This document shows positions 50,486-59,288 of a stretch of 64,000 nt of DNA, piece by piece. The stretch comes from a virus (lineage: Duplodnaviria > Caudoviricetes). Position numbers and translations under genes: made by a program. How positions within the stretch are numbered: position 1 is the first letter of the stretch; each line of letters opens with the position of its first letter. The stretch lies in the IMG/VR virus record IMGVR_UViG_3300032218_003007, positions 1 to 64,000 of that record. One strand, given 5' to 3'. Below the pieces are notes generated by a model. The model was not told the DNA's origin. It searched no databases and worked only from the letters and a program-made list of their open reading frames with translations.

Positions 50486-50955
50486 TAACAGTCTTCACCT
50501 GAAGTTGCCGGTGGATTTAATGAATCCATATAAGGTTTGATATTTGGATCATCAGCAAGATTGCCCCCAAACAAACTAGGTTGATTTAACTTGGTATTCC
50601 AAGTGCCATAAGGATATGGTGGCATGGTATTTGGTGTGACGGTGATCGGCATGCTATATTGGTCTAAATCCCAACTTGGCTTCTGATTCATCTGATTCAA
50701 CATCTTTTCGTATATATCAGCGTGCTCGATTTTATTGAGTCTGCGATTGATATTATTAACATCATCAAACAAACGACGCAGCGGACCTTTTGTTACTTGG
50801 TCATGATCACTTTTAGTTCTAATTAATGCACTGATCACCAACAAATCTTGCAGCGCACGCTGCACACGAGGGTCATTACTGGATATAGCTTCATCAAACA
50901 ACTCGATGAATGTGTCTAGATCTAGATCTGCTTGATCCCTTTCTCGACTTGACAT
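50485..50955 (-). CDS. Hypothetical protein
   Basis: AGGAG RBS directly downstream of folE. Confidence 0.75.
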   Translation of the reverse strand: MSSRERDQADLDLDTFIELFDEAISSNDPRVQRALQDLLVISALIRTKSDHDQVTKGPLRRLFDDVNNINRRLNKIEHADIYEKMLNQMNQKPSWDLDQYSMPITVTPNTMPPYPYGTWNTKLNQPSLFGGNLADDPNIKPYMDSLNPPATSGEDC

Positions 50956-50966
50956 TATGATTTCTC

Positions 50967-51659
50967 CTAGTAATTGCCGCTGTGACCTTTCATGGTCTGC
51001 AGCAGTTGATAAAATTCTTGACGGAGTTCTGCGGATGTTCTGAATCGGCCTAGCATGATTGCTGTGCTCATGTCAGAGTTGTGTTCTCGAACACCACGCT
51101 GACTCATGCAAAAATGTTCTGCTTTTACGACCACAGCAACATTATCAGTTTTGGCATATTCTTTTAGTGCATCTGCAATCTGTGTGGTCATTTCTTCTTG
51201 AATCTGTGGACGCTCGCAAATGTGATGAACAATGCGATTAAACTTGCTCAGACCAATAACCTCAGATTCAGGCACAATACCAACCCAACAATTGCCAACA
51301 ATATTTTGGAAGTGATGAGCGCAGGTGCTGCGAATGCTGATAGGACCAGTGGTATACAAACTCTGATAACCCATGTTTGGAAATGCAGTGACCTTGGGCA
51401 TAGGACGATATCTTCCACTGAAAGTTTCTCGCACAAACATCTTGGCTACACGACGCGCAGTGTCTTGTGTGTTGTGATCTCTGTCGGTGTCAATCACCAA
51501 ACTATCCAACACATCTTGGAACTTGCCAGCTACTTCATTCACTAGTTCATCCAACTCATCAGAACTCAAGATAAATTCTGAAATATTGTCATTGCTGTGA
51601 TAACGAGAGCCAGCTGCTTCAATGCGATCTCGGATTCGTTGACTGATAGGTTGTTTCAT
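50967..51659 (-). CDS. folE: GTP cyclohydrolase I
   Basis: TARRVAKM, STCAHH, IGLSKFNR, RPQIQE and HFCMSQRGV motifs. Confidence 0.97.
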   Translation of the reverse strand: MKQPISQRIRDRIEAAGSRYHSNDNISEFILSSDELDELVNEVAGKFQDVLDSLVIDTDRDHNTQDTARRVAKMFVRETFSGRYRPMPKVTAFPNMGYQSLYTTGPISIRSTCAHHFQNIVGNCWVGIVPESEVIGLSKFNRIVHHICERPQIQEEMTTQIADALKEYAKTDNVAVVVKAEHFCMSQRGVREHNSDMSTAIMLGRFRTSAELRQEFYQLLQTMKGHSGNY

Positions 51660-51805
51660 GATAACTCCAAATTTGAATAATCGCTATAATAAAGTACTTA
51701 GGCACTGGTTGTCAATACACACCGGCAGAACTGCTGAATGATATAAATTCAGATCTCACCAAATGCGATTTACGACAACCAGCCCGGTACTGTCTTTATT
51801 AGTGA

Positions 51806-52012
51806 TTAAACTCTATCCATGCTAGCAGCTTCTTTGAAAAGTTCATAAAGCTCTTCTACAGTACTGACCATGATCTTTACAGTGGTATAATCATCTTTGC
51901 TATTACGACCAGTGAGTTCAAACATAAATCCATTGTCGTACATGTAAACATGAAACCCATCATCAACCTTGGTTAGTTTTTCATTGATCTTGTTGATAAT
52001 TTTTCTAGCCAT
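51806..52012 (-). CDS. Hypothetical protein
   Basis: AAGGAG RBS; YDNGFM motif. Confidence 0.75.
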   Translation of the reverse strand: MARKIINKINEKLTKVDDGFHVYMYDNGFMFELTGRNSKDDYTTVKIMVSTVEELYELFKEAASMDRV

Positions 52013-52023
52013 TGCAATCTCCT

Positions 52024-52272
52024 TTAACGAATATTAGTTGGACGGAAGTCGCGCCGCTCGCTTTTTGGACGAGCAGTCCAGTTATCCTTGGGTGGCTTGC
52101 CGTTCTTAACACGCTGCATTTCGCCCCAAGGCGTTTTTTCATTGTATAGATGGGATTCATCATAGATATAGCCTTGCCACTTGCAGAACTCCAAGTATTC
52201 TTCCAGGTCATCGAAGATTCGATTGACTTCAGGCTTGCGGTGTGTGTACTTTTTAAGCCATTCTTTTGCCAT
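52024..52272 (-). CDS. Hypothetical protein
   Basis: Start MAKEW with AAGGA RBS; IFDDLEEYLEFC...GY.YDE motif. Confidence 0.75.
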   Translation of the reverse strand: MAKEWLKKYTHRKPEVNRIFDDLEEYLEFCKWQGYIYDESHLYNEKTPWGEMQRVKNGKPPKDNWTARPKSERRDFRPTNIR

Positions 52273-52283
52273 TTTAATTTCCT

Positions 52284-52625
52284 TCAATAGTCTATAGTTG
52301 CATAACTGGTTACGTGACCAGTGTTTCCGTCTTGTGTGATTTCTATCACCATTTCTCTGTTAAAGAATTTATTGGTCAATAGGAGATAAAGCTCGTCAGA
52401 CATATCATTGTGTACTTTTAAAGATCCATCATAATATAATGATTCGATCCATGTTTTCAACTCTATTTCAGATGAGATTTGCCTATCTGTATTTTCGATG
52501 TAGATTTTGATCTGTCTGAGTATTTTTGGTTCATATGAATCTGCTAGACAGACTGCGGTCACGATCATTCTTTTAGATCTTGACTTGATTTGCTCTAGCA
52601 GTGCTCGTTCCTGCATGTTAATCAT
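52284..52625 (-). CDS. Degenerate T-fold (QueD-paralogue/DpdL-like) protein lacking the His cluster
   Basis: Coupled to the TGT-like gene by ATGA. Keeps DR.I...LK.W.ESLY...MSD.LY...IEI.QDGNTG, recalled from phage QueD paralogues, but has no HxH/HRH metal motif. Confidence 0.5.
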   Translation of the reverse strand: MINMQERALLEQIKSRSKRMIVTAVCLADSYEPKILRQIKIYIENTDRQISSEIELKTWIESLYYDGSLKVHNDMSDELYLLLTNKFFNREMVIEITQDGNTGHVTSYATIDY

Positions 52626-54280
52626 ACTTGACTAAACAAATCATTGAATGTTGAATGAATCTCAGGTTTATCAGAATCAATTTTTTCTAGATCGTTGGTC
52701 CAAGCATTGATATCTTGTTCAAAGTGTTGATTATACATTGTACTAGAGTTAATAGTTTTTTTACCAATGTTCCCACTTACACCAAGAATATTCATCCAAA
52801 AACTTCCATACCGATCAATGATCTCTAATGATTTAGCTTTGGTAGGAGCAGCGAAAACTTTTTCGATAACATCAGATACATATTCGTGATCTCCGCGAAT
52901 ATTTCTCAGCATTGCTGGATATCTACCATCGTCATATTCACGATTAGCCCGCTGTACAGATTCAATATGCATCCACACATTGTGCGCCTGCAGCAGCGGA
53001 TACGTAAAACCGTCCCAACTATTGTTAGTGCGAGTACCTACACACATATCGCTGATTTTAAGCCTAGAAGTGACCGGACTATCCTCAAAATGCCCGAAAT
53101 GATCCAAATAATCCGTGATTGCTACATCTCTGACGCTACGTGTATCTTTTGCATATTTGTGATTATCAATATGACGAGTCATTCGATAAGTCCACTTGGC
53201 AGCATCTTTCAAATCAATATGATGATAAATCTGTCCAGTTGCTGCTGCGAGAAAAGGACTCGCACAGTCAAAACTGATGGTAAAATCAGGATTCCAATGA
53301 CGTCGAATACTACGCTGCATCGCAGTGAGTAATACTGCCCACTCTAACCTACTAATACCCAACAAATGCATCCAATCATGCAATCCTTGTTCTAACAAGC
53401 CGTCGTAGCGAAGTAATACCAAACGCTTAAGCAACAAATGTACATCACATTTGTTTTGTCCGCCCATTGCCCATCCATCGAAATGGCGACCAGGATATTT
53501 CTTGGGATCACAATAATGTTTCATAGTATCATACCAGATTTCTGCAGATGCGTGGTTAATGCCATGCAACACATTCAGAAACTTGGTACCACCGTTGTCC
53601 TTGCCTTTGCGATTGGCAATGAAATATTCGTTATTGTATTTGGTGCCGTCTACTGCTTCTTTGAGAGTGGTAACGCAGGTTGCTTTCACCGCATTAGGAT
53701 CACGAATGATCCAATTAGGAATATCTAGTGTCATACTATAATCGGCAACGGTGTCTAGCCAGGTAAGAATCTGAGTTCGTTTATCATCAGCAGCTTTTAG
53801 CTTGTTCAACTGTTGCTGATAAGGATCAACTTGCACAATCTTTTTGCCTTTTTTAATGCTTACGGGGCCTGCAGACATTAAATCATTCAGAGTTTTCTTG
53901 ACTTCTGAACTATTGGGATCTCTCCAATCACCAGCCCACACACCTTTGCCAATCTGAAAGCCGCCGGAATCACCTACAATAAATGAACCTGGCTCTCGAT
54001 TGCGAATCATGTCTTCACTTTCATCAAATTTAGATACATCTAGATTTACATGTCCACCAGAACTCAAGGTCCAACGATATGGAAACAGTGCTTTCTTACT
54101 GTTAAGCCAATTCAATTGTTCTAAATCTTGAATTTGCGCAGGAAATCTGGCTGGATTTACAGCATTTTTAAATCTTTGTTCTGAAATAATTGATGAAAAC
54201 GACGGACTCAATGCAGGCAGAAAGATTGCATAATCCTTCTGCTTGGCTGTCAAGTTATCTTGTGGATATAGATCGGACAT
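52622..54280 (-). CDS. dpdA: TGT-fold DNA guanine transglycosylase (DpdA-like)
   Basis: GDSGGFQ, MTLDIP, GWAMGG, MHLLG and ISFDCASP TGT motifs; clustered with folE/queD/queE and replication genes. Start reassigned to MSDLY (54280). Confidence 0.8.
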   Translation of the reverse strand: MSDLYPQDNLTAKQKDYAIFLPALSPSFSSIISEQRFKNAVNPARFPAQIQDLEQLNWLNSKKALFPYRWTLSSGGHVNLDVSKFDESEDMIRNREPGSFIVGDSGGFQIGKGVWAGDWRDPNSSEVKKTLNDLMSAGPVSIKKGKKIVQVDPYQQQLNKLKAADDKRTQILTWLDTVADYSMTLDIPNWIIRDPNAVKATCVTTLKEAVDGTKYNNEYFIANRKGKDNGGTKFLNVLHGINHASAEIWYDTMKHYCDPKKYPGRHFDGWAMGGQNKCDVHLLLKRLVLLRYDGLLEQGLHDWMHLLGISRLEWAVLLTAMQRSIRRHWNPDFTISFDCASPFLAAATGQIYHHIDLKDAAKWTYRMTRHIDNHKYAKDTRSVRDVAITDYLDHFGHFEDSPVTSRLKISDMCVGTRTNNSWDGFTYPLLQAHNVWMHIESVQRANREYDDGRYPAMLRNIRGDHEYVSDVIEKVFAAPTKAKSLEIIDRYGSFWMNILGVSGNIGKKTINSSTMYNQHFEQDINAWTNDLEKIDSDKPEIHSTFNDLFSQV

Positions 54281-54281
54281 G

Positions 54282-55019
54282 TTATTTGGTCTGTGCTGGG
54301 ATGATGTACTCATAATCAGCGATTCCAGTATCGACTGTGATCTTGGCTGCACCCTCATCGCTGAACTTGAAGGTTTTATCGCCTGGCAAATTAAGAATGG
54401 TAATCACCGTGTTAACAGGCCATAACCAACCTTTGCTCAGATTTCCGCTAACATTAGGTTCAAATACAAAACTACCAGCATTGTTTGAAGGATCACCAAA
54501 ATAGAACTTCAGTGAGCCATTTTCAGTCTTGGCCATAAAAGTAGTTTCGTCACTGTTGGCCGATGCTTGAGCCTTTAGACGCTGCAAACCTAGAACACTA
54601 GGAGCGATATCTACATTCCATTTCACGCCTTTGAACTTGACGCCTTTGAGCTTTTCGTTCACGACCTTGCTGTTCATCAAACGATAATCATTTTTGAAAT
54701 CACCGTGCTTGTTTTCAAAATGAACACCGCTAAGCATATCTTCGCCTGTGTCTTCATCTTTCTTATAAGTCATGGTAATGTTTGCATCTTCACGATATTC
54801 GTCGATATTTAGAATAGTATTCAATCGAGATAGATTTGGTACACCAAATACGCCTTCAAATTCAGCGATTGGTGCTTTGAATTTGCCTTCGATGATTACT
54901 GTTCTATCTTCTGATACAGCGTTGATCAGTGTTTCTTCTGCAGAACCAGTGATCTTGAGCAGGTCAACTTTATTAAGTCCATAAGTATACTGCACTATAT
55001 TCTTGAGTATGTCTTTCAT
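54282..55019 (-). CDS. gp45: DNA polymerase sliding clamp (gp45/PCNA-like)
   Basis: 245 aa directly downstream of the polymerase; clamp-like pattern ending YEYIIPAQTK; GGAG RBS. Confidence 0.7.
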   Translation of the reverse strand: MKDILKNIVQYTYGLNKVDLLKITGSAEETLINAVSEDRTVIIEGKFKAPIAEFEGVFGVPNLSRLNTILNIDEYREDANITMTYKKDEDTGEDMLSGVHFENKHGDFKNDYRLMNSKVVNEKLKGVKFKGVKWNVDIAPSVLGLQRLKAQASANSDETTFMAKTENGSLKFYFGDPSNNAGSFVFEPNVSGNLSKGWLWPVNTVITILNLPGDKTFKFSDEGAAKITVDTGIADYEYIIPAQTK

Positions 55020-55084
55020 TAAATTCTCCGTGTAATGGATTTGATTATATAATAATATTTAGGCAATGCAAGTGATATGGTAAT

Positions 55085-56559
55085 TTATTCAAATGTAAAA
55101 AGACTGCGGAAAGTACTTTTGATATCAGTGCGTGATGTCATGTCCCAATTCAGCACGCCTAATAAATTTTCTACTTTCTGATCAACAATAGTTGATTCCA
55201 TCATATCATCATCGAACGGCAAATCTTTAAACCAAGAAGGAATATTTGATTCATCGATAGGATAACCTACACTTGTATATCCCAGTGGGTTATCCTTGAT
55301 CTTGCAAACAATAGTTTTCATACCGTCCACGATTTTCATACTATAGTTATCGTTGAACATTTGTCTTAGACGATTCCAATTCATTGCAGCACGTACATGT
55401 CCAGGCATATTAGTTTTTCCATGAAGAGTTTCTGCTGTGCTGTATTTGGTAAGATTGTTTACACGTTTAGGAGTTCCTTTCTGCCAAGCAGGAAGATCTT
55501 TAAACATCAATTTGAACTCTCGCACTTTCGCGACAACGGTATCACGTTCAGCGCCGGTCAGCACATCCAACAGAATTTTGCTGAGAAAGTCCTGCACAAT
55601 TTTAGGAGTATCCGAACGCTTTAAGTCTAATCCCATGGCTTTGACTTTTCCAGGTTTGCCATCGAAATCCAGTCGCTTGCCTTCAAGTTCATAGATCAAC
55701 ACAGCATAGCGCTTTTTCTTGATAAACAAACCTTTTTCTGCTACCAGTTCACGACCAGCCTGGATAATACTTCCCATATCTCGTGGGCAATGGCACGCAC
55801 GTTCCATAAACGCCGGAAATGAATCGTTCACAGAATCTGCGATGGTATCATACAGACCTACACAGATATCCTTGTTCCATTCCATGTTGCCTGCTTCTAC
55901 TTCTGACTTCACGATAGGCCATGCTGAGAAATATACAGAGTCTGTGTCACCGTAGATAATGCTGTCACCGACATGATTGTACTCGCCGGCGATGGCTTCA
56001 TTTACAAATGCATCCATGTGTTTGGCAATAATACGACCAGTGAGTGTTGTGCTTTGTCCAATACGATGGTCAAAGAATCTGCAGCCTGCATTTAGAATAG
56101 CGCCATATACATTTATGTTCAGCTAGTTTCACTATTGCTAGCCCGTTTATTAAAAAAACTGCCTCATATTTCTATAAGGATCAGACTATATCACCATCCA
56201 CTAAGTATGGATGCTCCCCATTTCGACTCGCTTGAGTCTACGTCTTTCGACTAGTCGTTGAACCTTCGCATTATGCGCTTGGCTGCTGATTGTCTTCAAC
56301 TTAATGGTAAGAGTTTCCAGCATTTAAAGGAGTTATTCAACCAATGTTGCCATTGGAGGTCGCAATAAGGTTACGAATTTAAGTTGATCTTCTTGACCAA
56401 CTGACGCTTATCCCAGAAAGCTACAGATTGTTTTACTGATTCAGTATCTGAGTGAAAAATTTTGCCGTCTTTTATAACAAGATTATTATTATGGCAAAAC
56501 TCTGTAAGTTCCTCTTTAGTTCCTGATTCCAGTATCGAATGTAACTTATTGAAGTCCAT
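55085..56559 (-). CDS. polB: DNA polymerase B, C-terminal subunit, spliced: join(56559..56373, 56109..55085), 403 aa
   Basis: Removing 56110-56372 restores KKINLNS-L-YGAILNAGCRFFD (motif B) in frame with YGDTDS (motif C) and KKKRY; GAGAGG RBS before ATG 56559. Confidence 0.92.
56110..56372 (-). ncRNA. ORF-less self-splicing group I intron (263 nt, IA2-like)
   Basis: Exon ends in U and intron ends in G. P1 UCGU/GCGA with U-G pair, P2 CCAAUG-GCAA-CAUUGG, P AAAUGCUGGAAA (56314-56325), Q AAUCAGCAGCC (56281-56291), R GUUCAACGACUA (56252-56263), S GAUAUAGUC (56184-56192), plus P7.1, P7.2, P8 and P9 hairpins. Confidence 0.95.
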
Positions 56560-57529
56560 TTATACCTCTCTTAAATAATATTTGTTGTGTATGCGCATCT
56601 TGTATCGCTTTACTTTCAAAAATGATCTCCGGGCAAAAATTATCGGATGATATTCTAATAAGTTGTATCTGATGTTCTACGCATATTTTGTGTTTGATTA
56701 TATCATTTTTTATAGATTGTTCTAACTGATGCCAATATTCTCCATCTACCTCAACTAATAATAACATATCATCTAGAAAAAAATCAAATTTTTTACTACC
56801 CAATACGTATTGTTTTTGGTATCTTATATTTTTACTCACTAAAAACTGTTCGAACTTCTTTTCAAGTTTGGTATCTTTTTTTGAAGGAAAAACAAATCCT
56901 GTTTCTGCTATATGTTCTTTTCTTCTAGAACTTAGTAAATTTAGATATTTTTTAAATTCTTCTTCGTTTTCTCTTCTACGTTTCCAAGAATCTTTTTGCT
57001 TCTGTGTTTTTTTTACTTTGACTTCCTCACTAAGATTGATCTTTTTACCAATTTTCGAATTAGATATTTTTTTCTTAGATTTCTCTGTATGAGGCCCTCT
57101 AGATATTCCTATCTTAGAATCAAAATAACACTGTTGGCATTCCATGCCATCGATAAAGTTTCCAATATTAACTTTATAGACACCGTGCTCTTTACAGCAT
57201 ATTTCTATTTGATCAGTTCTTGTTAAAAGTTTCAACGGCACAGAATGAATGGAGTATTTGTCAGTTTGTGCTTTATCCAGGGCATCTAATGTTATTACCA
57301 ATTTGGTATTTATGTGATCGCGACATCTCTTTTTTGCATCAGGGAGTCTGAATTTTTTACAAATGCTCAACGGTATATTGCACATTTCACAAGTAGGCGG
57401 AGGTTCTTTACGAAGATAAAGTTGTATTGCAGCATTAACATCAAAAATGTTTTTCTCTCCCCCGTAATACTCTTTTAAACGTTTAAATTGGCGAGGATAT
57501 CTTTTTTTAAAATCAATTGTTGAAATCAT
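56546..57529 (-). mobile_element. Free-standing homing endonuclease gene (Zn-ribbon/NUMOD3-like DNA binding plus Vsr/DUF559-like EDxHD nuclease)
   Basis: CEMC, CCKEHG, CQQC; HTEKSKKKIS; TKLEKKF...FDF...VEVDGEYWH...ND; visibly more AT-rich than its flanks; sits inside the polymerase locus. Confidence 0.88.
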
Positions 57530-57562
57530 AATGAAGTATTTATGCTCAACAGTTGATTTTAA
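57507..57562 (-). promoter_or_regulatory. 17-bp hairpin enclosing a late promoter and the endonuclease start codon
   Basis: Arms 57546-57562 and 57507-57523 (one mismatch). The 22-nt loop holds CATAAATA (57537-57544) and the ATG (57527-57529). Confidence 0.85.
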
Positions 57563-57571
57563 TCTTTTTGA

Positions 57572-59227
57572 CTAACTTTTTAATCTATTTGGAATAGGAA
57601 TTCCAGATTCTAAAGAAGTCCATTGTCTTTTAGTTTTCTGAAGTTCTTTGCGTTCTGAATACCAACGCTCTAAAAGACCAGGTATAATACCTTTTACATC
57701 GAATCGAAATATTGTTCCATTCGCGCTCAAAGTCCACGGTTGGTTGCCCTCAAATATCATTCGCCATACTTCATCAGCAGTATGGACTGTGCTATTGCCA
57801 TCTTCCCAGTCAATGGTAATTTCTGTTCCTACTTCTGCATTCATCACAGCCTGGTATTCTAAACTGCCAAATAAACCGTCCCATGCATCTGCAAACGTAG
57901 AACCGATTACTCGTTTGCCATTTATTGTCTTTTCTGCCATCTTTTCGTGAATATAATGATCTGTCATTATTGGGCGAAGTTGACCCACGATAGTTTCTGG
58001 CCCCATATTCAATGCACGCAGAGTTGACGGATAAAGACTGTTTAAGTCGATAGCTCCAATGTATTCATGCATGCCTTTTTTAGGGTGGGCAACATAAGCA
58101 CCAGCAGCTTTGTCATCAGTACTGCCATCTAAATGTTTTTCACTTTTGCGACGATTTGGAACTACCATGCCACGAGCGTGGGCTTCATTGATGATAGCCT
58201 GTTCAGTAACAGCCACTGCCCCCATTGTTGTTTGCAATAACACAGTGTTGTCATGAGCGAGTTCATTGGCAAGTTCCAAAAATCTTAACTTTTTATCTAG
58301 TTTAGCCAACAACATGGTATCTTGACGGTTGTAATCGATGAACTTTTCAAATTCTCGATTGTACAACTGATCTAGAGTTCCTTCATACGCTACTTTGCTG
58401 CCTACATCTTCATATTCACCAATGCTGTCTAGACTATAACTATGGCGTTCTTCGTATGTATACTTGCGATACAGTTGCATGTAGTCTAGATGAACCCGAC
58501 CTATCAGATCGAAGGTAACCATTTCTGCACCAAATCGTTCAAATATTTTTTGTTTGGGATATTGCCCCCATAAACAAAGTCTACGAGTATCGTCTTTGCT
58601 GAGAATCTTGTTTATACGCATAACAGTATACGGAATATCAAAACCTTCTGAGTTCCATCCACTCAAGATATCAGCATCATCAATAAGATCAAGAAAAGTC
58701 TCTAACATGTCTTCTTCTCGATCAAACAAAAAACAGTTGTCAAACTTAGCGCAGATTTCTTCTGCTGTTTGCCAGCTATAAGTTTTAGGTGGCAACACCA
58801 ATGTCACCATCTTTTCCATCCAGTTTAGATATACACTGATGCTGGTTATCTTGTTGAAAGGATCAGTGGTTGGTGCATATCCTCGTTCGCTGTCAAAATC
58901 TACCTCGATGTCGAAGAACGCTGTTTGCAGCTTAGGAGAACTTGCACCTAGATAGTTATCAGCCAAACATCGAAATATTGGATTGATATCTGATTCCCAG
59001 ATTCGTTTACCTGAATTTATCTTGAGTTCTTTTTGAAATTCTTTGTTATTACGAGTACTGAATCTACTCACTGGAGTACCGTAGATACTACGAAATTTTC
59101 CGCGAGGATCATCGTAATAGAACGTGTAATTGGCTGGATATTCTCTGTAAACTCGCTGGCCGTCTATTCGCTCAGCTACATGAATACGATCTTTGGCCCG
59201 ATCATAAAGGGCGTCTACATATGACAT
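57572..59227 (-). CDS. polB: DNA polymerase B, N-terminal subunit (exonuclease, motif A, first fingers helix)
   Basis: FFDIEVD, GWNSEGFDIPY and YNRQD exonuclease motifs, GAYV, DLNSLYPS, GIIPGLLERWYSERKELQK, then a 20-aa non-polymerase tail and stop. Confidence 0.95.
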   Translation of the reverse strand: MSYVDALYDRAKDRIHVAERIDGQRVYREYPANYTFYYDDPRGKFRSIYGTPVSRFSTRNNKEFQKELKINSGKRIWESDINPIFRCLADNYLGASSPKLQTAFFDIEVDFDSERGYAPTTDPFNKITSISVYLNWMEKMVTLVLPPKTYSWQTAEEICAKFDNCFLFDREEDMLETFLDLIDDADILSGWNSEGFDIPYTVMRINKILSKDDTRRLCLWGQYPKQKIFERFGAEMVTFDLIGRVHLDYMQLYRKYTYEERHSYSLDSIGEYEDVGSKVAYEGTLDQLYNREFEKFIDYNRQDTMLLAKLDKKLRFLELANELAHDNTVLLQTTMGAVAVTEQAIINEAHARGMVVPNRRKSEKHLDGSTDDKAAGAYVAHPKKGMHEYIGAIDLNSLYPSTLRALNMGPETIVGQLRPIMTDHYIHEKMAEKTINGKRVIGSTFADAWDGLFGSLEYQAVMNAEVGTEITIDWEDGNSTVHTADEVWRMIFEGNQPWTLSANGTIFRFDVKGIIPGLLERWYSERKELQKTKRQWTSLESGIPIPNRLKS

Positions 59228-59239
59228 ACTGTTCTCCTT

Positions 59240-59284
59240 GTGCTACTTCTAGCTAGCACTGCTGCTTCGTGCTCGTGAGTGAGC
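59240..59284 (-). promoter_or_regulatory. Hairpins abutting the polymerase RBS (putative autogenous translational operator)
   Basis: GUGCUA-GCUAGAAG-UAGCAC immediately 5' of AAGGAG; second hairpin GCUC-6nt-GAGC. Confidence 0.5.
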
Positions 59285-59288
59285 GATA

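Noticed and set aside
55085-56559. Polymerase pseudogene, or separate 62-aa and 310-aa proteins
   Set aside because: Intron removal restores a precise in-frame motif B and all catalytic motifs are intact.
56546-57600. Endonuclease encoded within a second group I intron
   Set aside because: No P/Q/R/S elements flank it. The upstream gap is 42 nt and the downstream gene overlaps it and has its own RBS.
56371-57640. Split intein joining the two polymerase halves
   Set aside because: The A tail is only 20 aa with no Cys/Ser-initiated Hint block. The HN in FCHNNN is followed by Asn rather than Cys/Ser/Thr and is not at the junction.
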